Source: Dictyostelium discoideum
Lineage: Eukaryota
Length of the DNA: 64,000 nt
Reading direction: 5' to 3'
Assembly (NCBI GenBank): GCA_000004695.1
Contig: CM000152.2
Span: 672,001 to 736,000, forward strand
Numbering within the stretch: the first letter of the stretch is position 1; every line of letters begins with the position of its first letter. Position numbers and translations under genes: made by a program. The notes under the pieces are model-generated. The model saw only the letters and a list, made by a program, of their open reading frames with translations, was not told the DNA's origin and made no database searches. This document shows positions 52,672-64,000 of this stretch, piece after piece.

Positions 52672-54195
52672 CAGGTTAATTGATTCGTTTGAGTTTAAAA
52701 AAAAAAAAATAAAAGTTGAAATTATCCATAATTTGACTATTATAAGTGAAGTTATTTAATGTGTTTTAAAATTGAAAAGGTATGGAGTTATATTTTTTTT
52801 AAATTTTTTTTTTTTTCCAACTTTCAATACCAAATTTGTAGGAAATTTTAAAAAAGGAAAGAAAAAATAAAATAAAAAAACCAAAAATTTGAAAAGAAAA
52901 AAAAAAAAAAAAAAAAAAGGTGTGGTTGTGTGTATTTTTGATTTTTTTTATTTTATTTTAATTATTTTTTTAATTTTTGTTTTTTTTTTTTTTTTTTTTT
53001 TTCCCTTATTAGATAAAAACTAATCCAAATTGATATCTTTATTTAATAAGCAAAACAAGTCATTTATTTGTGTGCAATAAAATAATTTTTTAAATAATTT
53101 TTAATTTAAATTTAAAAAAATAAACAGTTTTAAAATTTTTTATTTTTTTTTTTTTTTTATTTTTTTAATTTTAGAATTATATATTTTTTTTAAACACATT
53201 TAAATTATTTACAATTAAAAAAAATAGGTAAGTTTTATACATACAAAAATTTAATACTATGAAAAAAAAAAAAAAAAAAAAAAAACAATTTTATGTGTTT
53301 TTTTTTTTTTTTAAAAATTAAATTTACATACACACTTTTTTTTTTTTTTTTTTTTTTAATTAAATAACAGTCAACAATCTAAAATATTTTTTTATTTTCC
53401 CAAACATTTTTTTTATTTTTTTTTTTTTTATTTTTTTATTTTTTTTTTTTAAAAAATTTAAATTTTTTTTTTTTTCAATATCAAAAGTGTCTGTTCACAT
53501 AAAAAAAAAAGATTTTTTTAAACAAATTTGCAAATATTTTTAGGGGAAAAATTAAAATCACCAATTTCCCATCTAAATCAGAAAATAAAAAAAACTATTC
53601 CTCAATAATTTAATTTATTTTTTAAAAAAAAACCCTATGTATGTCATAGCAAAATTATATTAAAAAAAATAAAAAATTTAAAAAAAAAATGAATAATAAA
53701 ATTTTGGAATTAATAAGGCTCCCTTCTATTTTTTTTTATTTAATATTTTCATTTTTTTTATTTTTTTAAAACAAATATTTTTTTTTTATTATTTTTTTTT
53801 TTTTTTTTTATAAATCGCAGTCACTGTTTTATTTTAAAATTAATTTAAATTTATAAAAACAAATATTTTTATTTATTTATTTTAATCATTGATAACCTAA
53901 TAATTATTTAATTGTGAGTCATAACACAATAAAAATATCTATATAAAAATAAAATAAAAAAAAATATTCTCCATTCCTTTTTTTTTTTTTTATTATTTTT
54001 TATTTTTTTTTTTTTCAAAAATATTATCTGTACATAATATAATTATAAAATTCTAACAAATAATTTATTATTAAAAAAAAAAAAAAAAAAAAAATTAGTT
54101 TTTAATTTATTTAGAAAAAAAAAAATAATAAATTATTTGTTAAATAAATAATTTTATTATTTTAATAATATATAAAAAAATATATATATAAAGAA
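52036..54195. promoter_or_regulatory. 2.16-kb AT-rich intergenic region shared by the divergently transcribed ACL subunit A-like and subunit B-like genes (putative bidirectional promoter)
   Basis: Lies between the start codons of the minus-strand gene at 52035 and the plus-strand gene at 54196. No ORF of substance. Many poly(A)/poly(T) tracts. Confidence 0.5.
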
Positions 54196-56064
54196 ATGAC
54201 AAATAGTAATTTTAATCATGGTAATCATGGTAGTAATTTACCAGCAAGGTTATTTACAAAACAATCACAGGCATTAATTTATAATTATAAAGAAGCAGCA
54301 GTCCAAAGAATGTTAGATTTTGATAATGTTTCACAAAGGGATACACCATCAGTGGGTGGGTTAATTCATCCAGGATCCGATGGTGGTATGTATAAAGCAT
54401 TCTTTGGATTTAAAGAGTTGGTAATACCAGTTTATAATTCAGTATCAGAAGCATGTCAACAATGTCCAAATGCAGATGTATTTTTAAATTTTGCATCACA
54501 TCGTTCAGCTTACCAATCATCGTTATTGGCATTAAGAGAACCATCGATTCAAACCGTTGTTATCATTGCAGAGGGTGTACCAGAGAATGAAGCACGTTCA
54601 TTGATATCAATTGCAAAGAAATTGGGTAAGGTTATAATCGGACCTGCAACTGTTGGTGGCATTCAAGCTGGTTGTTTCAAAATTGGTAATACCGCAGGTA
54701 CAATCGTTTATATTATGGCTTGTAAATTGTATAGATCAGGTTCAGTTGGCTTCGTTTCAAAGAGTGGTGGTTTGTCCAATGAAATGTATAATGTACTCTC
54801 AAGATGTACCGATGGTATCTATGAAGGTATCGCAATTGGAGGTGATGCTTTCCCTGGCTCAACACTCACAGACCATGCCCTACGTTATGAGAAATTGCCA
54901 GAGGTTCAAATGATTGTTATATTGGGTGAGTTGGGTGGATGGGACGAGTATGGAATTGTGGAGGCATTGAAAAAGGGTGAAATTACAAAACCAATTTGTG
55001 CATGGGTATCTGGTACTGTTGCAAAGATTTTCCCAACCGAAGTACAATTTGGTCATGCAGGTGCAAAATCTGGTGGTGAAACTGAATCTGCCGATGCAAA
55101 GAATAAAGCTTTACGTGAGGCTGGTGCAGTTGTACCAACTTCTTTTGAAGATTTCTCAAATGTTATTGCCGCTACCTATGCCAAACTTCAATCAAAGGGT
55201 TTGGTTAAACCAGTTGAAGAACCAACACCACCTGAATTACCATTAGATTTCAAGACTGCAGTTAAGGCTGGTAAAGTTAGAAAGCCAACATCAATTATCT
55301 CTACAATTTGTGATGATCGTGGTGATGAACTTTCCTATGCAGGTGTACCAATTAGTGAAGTATGTAAAGAGCAATATAATATGGGTGATGTGATTGGCTT
55401 ACTTTGGTTCAAGAGAAAGTTACCACCATACGCTTCCAAGTTCTTTGAAATGTGTTTGAAACTAGTTGCCGATCATGGTCCATGTGTTAGTGGTGCTCAT
55501 AATACAATCGTTGCTGCTCGTGCTGGTAAGGATTTAGTATCAAGTCTTGTTTCAGGTTTATTAACAATTGGACCACGTTTTGGTGGTGCCATCGATGATA
55601 GTGCTCGTGTATTCCAAGATGCAGTCGATAACAATTTACAACCATCACAATTTGTTGAAGGTATGAAATCAAAGGGTAAAAGAATTCCAGGTATTGGTCA
55701 TTTAATTAAATCTGCCGATGAAATCGATAAAAGAGTAGTATTATTAAAAGATTATGCTTTCACTCATTTCTCATCAACAAAATATTTAGAATACGCATTG
55801 GAAGTTGAAAAATATACCCTTCAAAAAGCAAATAATTTAATTTTAAATGTTGATGGTTGTATTGGTGTATTATTTTTAGATTTATTACATTCATCCGGTT
55901 TATTCACTCAACATGAAATTAAAGAAATTATAGATGTTGGTTATTTAAATGGTTTCTTTATTGTTGGTAGAAGTGTTGGTTTAATCGGTCACGCATTAGA
56001 TCAACGTAGAAATAAACAAGGACTTTATAGACACCAAGCTGATGATGTTCATTATGCCCTTTAA
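54196..56064 (+). CDS. ATP-citrate lyase subunit B-like (ACLB/ACL large subunit; CoA-binding + citryl-CoA lyase/citrate-synthase-like half), 622 aa, intronless
   Basis: Complete ORF. Near-colinear with plant ACLB and with human ACLY residues about 480-1100. LFTKQSQALIYNYKEAAVQRMLDFD...IIAEGVPE...IGPATVGGIQAGCFKIGNTAGT...VSKSGGLSNEMYN...GIAIGGDAFPGSTL...VQFGHAGAK (catalytic-His region)...LLWFKRKLP...ADHGPCVSGAHNTIVAARAGKDLVSSLVSGLLTIGPRFGGAIDD...NVDGCIGVLFLDLL...GLYRH. Confidence 0.92.
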   Translation: MTNSNFNHGNHGSNLPARLFTKQSQALIYNYKEAAVQRMLDFDNVSQRDTPSVGGLIHPGSDGGMYKAFFGFKELVIPVYNSVSEACQQCPNADVFLNFASHRSAYQSSLLALREPSIQTVVIIAEGVPENEARSLISIAKKLGKVIIGPATVGGIQAGCFKIGNTAGTIVYIMACKLYRSGSVGFVSKSGGLSNEMYNVLSRCTDGIYEGIAIGGDAFPGSTLTDHALRYEKLPEVQMIVILGELGGWDEYGIVEALKKGEITKPICAWVSGTVAKIFPTEVQFGHAGAKSGGETESADAKNKALREAGAVVPTSFEDFSNVIAATYAKLQSKGLVKPVEEPTPPELPLDFKTAVKAGKVRKPTSIISTICDDRGDELSYAGVPISEVCKEQYNMGDVIGLLWFKRKLPPYASKFFEMCLKLVADHGPCVSGAHNTIVAARAGKDLVSSLVSGLLTIGPRFGGAIDDSARVFQDAVDNNLQPSQFVEGMKSKGKRIPGIGHLIKSADEIDKRVVLLKDYAFTHFSSTKYLEYALEVEKYTLQKANNLILNVDGCIGVLFLDLLHSSGLFTQHEIKEIIDVGYLNGFFIVGRSVGLIGHALDQRRNKQGLYRHQADDVHYAL

Positions 56065-57622
56065 AATTTTAATAAATATAAATATAAAAATAAAAATAAA
56101 ATAAAATAAAATAAAACCATTTTTTAATAATTTTATTTCATTTTATAATTATAATCCTTTTAAAAAGGTTTTTTTTTCATTTTATTAATTACAAAACTCA
56201 ACTATAAAATATGGAAGAGGCTCACCAAATTTCCAACAATTTATTTCCTCAAAACCATATCAATTTTCAAATCATTTTGTTTTTTTTTAACTTAAGTATA
56301 AATAAAATAAATATATAAATAAAGGAATAAATATATAAATAAAGGAATAATTATAAATATAAAAAAAAAAATAAAAAAAAAAATAAAAAAAAAAACCAAA
56401 ACAAAACGTAACCAAATTATATTATTTTTATTTTTATTTTTATTTTAATTTTTATTTTAAAATACTTTATTTCCTTTTTAGTAATTTTTTTGGTGGCTAT
56501 TTGGCTTGGTACCCACTAGTGTTTAATTAAAATAAACACAATCTTTAATTATATTGTTTTGTCAAATTGACTATCCATTTTTTAAATGATTTAATCTTTT
56601 TTTTTTTAAAGTATAAAAAAAAAACACAAAATGGTGATTGGGTTAAATCAAATTAAAAAAAAAAAAATTATACTAAATATATCTAATAATGGGGTAATTT
56701 TTAGTATTTATTGTATTTTAATTTGGGTGATTGTGGGTTTAGATTTATTTTAATTTTTTTTCTCATTTTATTTTATTTCATTTTATTTTATTTTATTTTA
56801 TTTTATTTTTTTCTAAACAATTAAAAACAAATTAATAAATTGCATACTTGAATAAAATACCTGGTAAAAATAAAAATGTAAATGACAAATTAAAATTTAT
56901 AATTAATTTTAAAATTTGTAAGTAAATCATAAATTCTTTAAGAAATGATTTTACCAATTAATATAGAATGGTCACGATGTAATCTATGGAGTGTAATTAT
57001 TAATATTTTTATTTTTTTTTTAAAAAAAAAATGCCAAATTAATTTACTAACTTGTTATTTGAAATTAAATTGTTATTATGAATTTTAGTGATTTTTATCC
57101 TTCTAATTTTTTTTATTTGGTGTTGACTGCTATATACCTAGTTTAATGAATACATCTAATAAACTTCCAAAATAGGTAATATCCAAATAAATAAAACTTA
57201 TTGGTATTGTTGTTGAATTTAACAATAATAACTATTAATTATTTCTGATCCTGTATACCTACTACCTATAGTATAAAAGTGGGGATAAAAATTGTGTTTA
57301 AAATATAAAGTATTTACATATTTATAAAAATATTTTAATAAATTAATAAGAGAAAATTTAAATCAATTATAAATTATTTGAATTTTCTTTAAAAGATATT
57401 TTTATTTTATAATTATTTTAAATCGTAATAATAATAATAAAAATAAAAAAATCTATTTAAGGGAAAAAAAAAAAAAAATATTTTTTTTATAATTCAATTA
57501 ATTATTAAATAAAAATAAAAAATAAAAAATAAAAAATAAAAATATATAAAATTATTTTATTATTTTTTTTTTTCTGTACTAATAATCAACTTTATTCAAT
57601 TAAAAAATAAATAAATAAAAAA

Positions 57623-58084
57623 ATGAAATTCTTAACTGTCTTATTAATTGTAATTGTTGTATTATCATGCTTATTTTCAACATCATTGGCAACCACCAAA
57701 GCTTCAATTGCAAGATGTGATGATTGTAAAAATGCATTAAGAACTGTTGATTCAAAATTACCAGGAAAAAGATCAAGAGAACAAATTGAAAATTATCTTC
57801 AAGGAGCTTGTCAACAAGCTACTGCAATTGTTCCACTTCCTGAATTACCTATTTCACTCCCAGTTCCAATAGTAAGTAATTTTTTTTTTCTTTTTTTTTC
57901 CTATTTAATAATAAATTTAATATTAATTAATTATTTTAATGAAAAAAAAAAAAAAATGAAAAAAAAAAAAATTATAATAATAATAAAGTGTTCATTAATT
58001 ACTGCCCATCGTAGTGAATTAGTTCAAGGATTAATTGAAAGAAAAGAATATACTTCCATTTGTAAAAATGCTAAATTATGTTAA
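57623..58084 (+). CDS. Saposin-like (SAPLIP / amoebapore-like) small secreted protein, 2 exons, about 114 aa
   Basis: Exons 57623..57871 (donor GTAAGT at 57872) and 57989..58084 (acceptor ...AATAAAG). Signal peptide MKFLTVLLIVIVVLSCLFSTSLA. The mature part has six Cys in saposin-B spacing: C-DD-C-KNALRTV...LQGAC...|C-SLITAHRSELVQGLIERKEYTSI-C-KNAKL-C. Confidence 0.7.
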   Translation: MKFLTVLLIVIVVLSCLFSTSLATTKASIARCDDCKNALRTVDSKLPGKRSREQIENYLQGACQQATAIVPLPELPISLPVPIVSNFFFLFFSYLIINLILINYFNEKKKKMKKKKIIIIIKCSLITAHRSELVQGLIERKEYTSICKNAKLC

Positions 58085-59118
58085 TTTTTATATAAACTAT
58101 ATATTTTATAATTATTATCCAATAAATTCTCAATTTTATTCCCTCCTGTTGTTCTTCAAAATAAAAAAACAATTGAAAAAAATAAATGATAAATAATTAA
58201 ATTCTAAAATAAAATTTTTGATTAAAAAAAAAAAAAAAAAAAAAAAATTCAACAAATAGAATGCATTTCATTTTTTTTATATGATTGGGTGCTCTCTATT
58301 TTTGTATACCAAATTCAAATTAAAAAAAAAATAAAAAAAAAAATAAAAAAAATGAAAATATTTTTTTTTTTTTTTTTATTTTTTTGTTTCAGATTTGGAT
58401 GTTTTTGTTAATATTTACGTCGCAATTAACCTAAAAAAAAAAAAAGTTAAGTGTTTTTTTGATCACTTTACTTTCACCTTTATAATTTTTATTAAATTGT
58501 AAAGTGTTGTGGAGTGAATTTTTATTTTTTTTATTTTTTTTTAATCTTTTTCCTTTTTTTCCTTCTTTTTTTTGATTACTAAAATAATTTAGTAAAAAAA
58601 AAAATAATAAATGGAATTTTGATACCAAAATAATTTCTAAAAAAAGGAATTGGAAATATCTTGCACTTGGCAATTAACTGAAAATTTTTTATTTTTTAAT
58701 TTTTTTTTTTTTTTTTTTTTTTTTCAATTTTTTTAATTTTTTTTAATTTTTTTTCTTTTTTTTTACTTAAAAAATTTTTCTAATTTTTTTAATTTTTTTT
58801 TTTTTTTTTTTTTTTTTTCATTTAATAACTCTCGAGAATCGTTAATATATTTATAATTATATTTATATATATATAAAATAAAAAAAAAAGATTTTTTTTT
58901 TTTTTTCTATTTTTTGTTATTTTAAAGTTTATTTATTCATTTTAATAATATTTGGATAAATTATTATTTTTTTGTTTTGTGTATTACTGTATTTTTTAAA
59001 GAGAAAAATAAAAAAAAAAAAATTTTGCATTCGCTCTTTTTTTTTTCGTTTTTATAAAAATAAAATATTAAAATCATTATAAATCATATATAAATATAAT
59101 AATAATAAATAGTATATT

Positions 59119-60534
<1,416 letters not shown>

Positions 60535-60838
60535 ATTGATAGAAAATAATTTCGAGATTAAAAAAAAAAAAAAAAAAAAGGTAATTAAAATTTTTAATAT
60601 ATTATTATTTTTTTTTTTCTTTTTTTGAAATTTACTAACATAACATCAGATTTCGTTTTTTTTTTTTTTTTCTTTAAATTCTCTTTTCAATCTCTCTATT
60701 TTTAATTATTAATTTCTTTTATTTTTAACAGCATCCTTTTTTTTTTTCAAACCAATACCAATTTGCTATCATTTAGCCCTGTTTCTATTATAATGTCCAC
60801 CCATGTTCCTTAATCCCTTTTTGCAACCTAAACAAAAA

Positions 60839-60893
60839 AAAAAAAACAAAAAAAAAAAAAACAAAAAAAAAAAACAAAAAAAAAAAAAAAAAC
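60839..60893. repeat. (A10-16 C)n, 5 copies, in the 3' flank of the Tra2-like gene
   Basis: caaaaaaaaaaaaaaacaaaaaaaaaaaaacaaaaaaaaaaaacaaaaaaaaaaaaaaaac. Confidence 0.85.
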
Positions 60894-62017
60894 TTAAAAT
60901 TTAAATACAAATACTTCAAAACAAAAGAACATTCAAGTCTTTTGAAACTTTTAATAAAAATCATTGAACAATAGTAGTTAGTTAGTTAAAGTTATTCACT
61001 TCAAGAGGAGGAAATTTAAGAAATTCATCTCGACGAAGGAAATTCAAATCTTTTTTTTTTTTATTTTTTTATTTTTTATTATTTTGAAAACTTAATATTA
61101 ATCCACTTTTTTTTTAATGGAGTTTATAAGAAAAAAAAAACAAAAAAACAAAGAAACATAAAAATAAAGAATAATAAAGAATAATAAATAATAGTGAAAA
61201 GATGAAGATATGAATAATTAAACCAACAAGATTATGAAATTTAGATGAATTTTTAAACGATCAAATCATCTCGTTAATTTGAAATGATGTCCCTTAGTGC
61301 CGATAATGAATTTTAAAAAAAAAAATAAAACAAAATAGTAATAATACAATTTAACAAATTTGTATATGTACCAAATCGAATTTTTACAAATTATAAAACC
61401 TTTTAACTGTATTCTTTTGGATCCAAGATTTTAAAGCTTTTTTTTTTTTTTTTTTTTTTTTCTTTTTTTTTTTTTTTGGTCCAAGATTTTATTTTAAAAA
61501 AATATTGGAAATAGATCTCGTTGGTAAACATAAAATATTACTAATTTGTAACCATAAAAATATATATATATATTTTTTTTTTTTATTTTTTTTTATTTAA
61601 TTATTTTTAAAATTTAAAAATAAAAAAAAAATTGGGTGTGGGTAGTAATAATTACAAATCCAAATCTCAGATCGAGTTATTATAGATTCAATGTCATTAT
61701 GATAATAGCAATTAAAAAAAAAAAAAAAAAAAAAAAACAGAACATAAAAAATAAAAAAAATAAAAATAAAATTTTTTTTTTTTCACACACAAACCATCAC
61801 ACCATGATGTCAATTTTATTTTTTTTATTTTGGAATTTAAAATTTTAATTTTAATTTTTTTTTATTTTTTTATTTTTTTATTTTTTTTTTACAACAGATA
61901 GATATAATTTTTTTTTTATTACCCCTTCACGAATCCATAAAATATTAAAAATAGTCTATATAAAAATAAATCAATATAAATAAATTCAAAACTTGGATAT
62001 CAATTTAAATTTCATTG

Positions 62018-62051
<34 letters not shown>

Positions 62052-62435
62052 TTTTTTTTAATTTTTTTATTTTTGATTGGCCAACGTCATTGTTTTATAG
62101 TTTTGTTTTTTTTTTTTTTATTTTGTTTTTTTTTTTACTGTAATCTTTCATCCTAAAATTATTTTTACATTTTATTAAATAAAAAAAAAAAAAAAAAACA
62201 AAACTACAAAAACTATTTTACTTGTTTTTTTTTTTTTTTGTTTCTTCTTGTAATTTATTTACTTTTGGTAATAGTTTATTTTTAATTTTTTTTTTTTTTT
62301 TTGGTTAACATTTTTCATTCATTCATTTTTTTTTTTGGTTTATCTAAACAAAAAAAAAAAAAAACTAAAAATAAAAATAAAGATAAAAATAGAAATAATA
62401 ATTAAAAAAATAATAATAAAAAAAATCAAAATCAA

Positions 62436-64000
62436 ATGATTAGTAGTGAAGATTTTAATTTATTACAAGAACAACTTATTTCACTTAAAAGGGATAAATA
62501 TGAATCAAGTGAAAAAGAAAAGAAACTTCAAAATGAGATCAAACAGTTAAAAGATCAACTTGAGGAGGGTTCAGGAAATAACAGTAATAATAATGATAGT
62601 GCAAAAAAGAAAGCAACTTCCTTTTTTTCAGATGTAGTTGCTAGAAAAGGTAAAATGAATGAAATTCAAGATGAAAATGAACATTTAAGAAAACAAATTC
62701 AACAAAATACAATTGTACATCAAGAACAATCTGATGCATTAAAACTTAATATAAAATCTTTATTTGAAACTAATAGTCAATTAGAAGATCAAATTTTATT
62801 ATTAAAAAAAGATTTAAATACATATGTATGTATATATTATTTACTCACCAAAAAAAAAAAAAAAAAAAAAAAGAAATATTTATATATTTATATTTATATT
62901 TATGTTATTATAATTATTTAATATATACATATATATATATAGATAATTAAAGGTGAAGATCAACAAAATTTAGTAAGAAAATTACAAGTTGATTTAGCAG
63001 AATCACATTGTACCAATGAAGAACTTGAAAATAAAATTAAAGAATTATCTTTAAATAATAGTATTAGTAATAATAATAGTGATATTGGTAGTGAAGTTGG
63101 TGATTGTAGTAGTGTAAATGGTGCAAACAATATTAATAGTGGTGTTGTAACATTAGAATCAATCATCCAAGTTTTAGATAGTTTATCAAGTGAAGAGGAT
63201 GTAAAAGAAAAGATTACTGAACTTTTTAATTTAAAACAACAAGAACAACAACAACAACAACAACAGCAACAGTCAATTAATAATACTACTACAACACCAC
63301 CATCACCTGTAACACCAAAAGAAATTATATTTCATCCATTAGGTGAACCAGAATATAATCCAGATAATGAAAAAGAAAAACAAAAATTAAGAGATACAAT
63401 AAAAAATTTAATGGAACAAATTAGAGAGAATGATAGTAAATCAATAAAGACTGTAAATGATATAAAGGAGTCACAACAAATCAATGAACAATTATCACAA
63501 CAAGTTACACAATGGCAAGATAAACATAGACAATCCGAGATTAATCGTGTTAAAATCGAAGAGAGATTAGAGAATGAATTAAAGAGATTAAAAGAGGAGC
63601 AAACATTAATGGAACAACAAAAACAACAATTAATTCAAGAGAATCAAGATATTCATCAAGCATTACAAACCTCTTCAAAGAAATTTGAAAAATCAATTGA
63701 ATCAGTAGATGAAGCATTACATCAACAAAAAGAGAAATTTGAAAAACTATTACAAGAGAAACAGCAAGAATTGTCACAACAAAAGTTACATTTTGAACGA
63801 TCCCTAAGTGATTTAAATGATAAATCTGATATTTTCAAACAATCAAGAGATGAATATTTGACAAACTATAATCAATCAATTGATGAAATTAAAATTAAAG
63901 ATCAAGTGATAGCTTCAAAGGTGATGGAAGTCGATCAATTGAATCAAAGAATCAAAGAATTTGAAAGTACTTCAATCGATGAAAGAAATCAATCAATTGA
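62436..64000 (+). CDS. Coiled-coil protein (heptad-rich, Gln/Glu/Lys-rich), 2 exons, 3' partial (runs off the window end)
   Basis: Exon 1 62436..62825 (donor GTATGT at 62826). Exon 2 62943..>64000 (acceptor ...TATATATAG), open to the window edge. Sequence such as LKRDKYESSEKEKKLQNEIKQLKDQLEE ... ELKRLKEEQTLMEQQKQQLIQENQDIHQALQ is typical of a long alpha-helical coiled coil. (CAA)n polyQ at 63241-63270. Confidence 0.65.

Noticed and set aside
56170-56290. Short ATG ORF (MEEAHQISNNLFPQNHINFQIILFFFNLSINKINI) downstream of the ACL subunit B-like gene
   Set aside because: It is about 35 codons long and has no splice continuation, no conservation signal and a low-complexity tail. It most likely lies in the 3' flank of the ACL subunit B-like gene.
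61018-61530. Recurrent ATCTCG(A/T) hexamer (61021, 61270, 61515) upstream of the coiled-coil gene
   Set aside because: It is too short to be statistically meaningful on its own. It is mentioned only as a possible relative of the TCGAGAATCGTT promoter 12-mer.

Overview
This window reads as Dictyostelium discoideum-type (social amoeba) nuclear DNA. The intergenic regions and introns are extremely AT-rich. There are very long poly(A)/poly(T) tracts and many (AAT)n/(ATT)n/(TTTA)n microsatellites. In-frame (AAT)n and (CAA)n runs encode poly-Asn and poly-Gln. Introns are short (about 75-330 nt) with GTAAGT/GTATGT donors and AG acceptors. The supplied ORF track is prokaryote-style (GTG/TTG starts are shown as M), so gene models were rebuilt by splicing adjacent ORFs and checking codon phase across each junction. 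I can support about 22 protein-coding genes and no rRNA, tRNA, CRISPR array or recognisable transposon. The genes, in order, are:
- an SDR oxidoreductase;
- a GGAI-repeat beta-helix type I membrane protein;
- a 21-exon PA14 + Dicty_CTDC cysteine-repeat (psi/prespore-like) gene that carries an internal +1 frameshift;
- a RUS/DUF647 protein;
- a SHAQKYF-class Myb protein;
- TFIIIC tau131/GTF3C3;
- an 852-aa Asn-rich hypothetical;
- a 1340-aa WD40 protein in 5 exons;
- a 635-aa, 7-exon hypothetical;
- a type I membrane glycoprotein;
- a TPR protein;
- a 301-aa hypothetical;
- the ribosome-biogenesis factor Tsr1;
- an S49 (SppA-type) peptidase;
- U1 snRNP protein C;
- a UPF0642/YBL028C-like protein;
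- a SAC3/GANP (LENG8/Thp3-like) protein;
- a divergently transcribed pair encoding the two subunits of a plant/fungal-type split ATP-citrate lyase;
- a saposin/amoebapore-like peptide;
- a Transformer-2-like SR protein;
- a partial coiled-coil protein.
The most notable observations are:
- the head-to-head split ACL gene pair;
- the frameshifted, modular PA14/CTDC gene;
- a CG-containing 12-mer shared by two promoters;
- tandem ~88-bp promoter-proximal repeats;
- several GC-richer intergenic islands that are candidate ncRNAs.
All hand-derived coordinates may be off by 1-2 nt.
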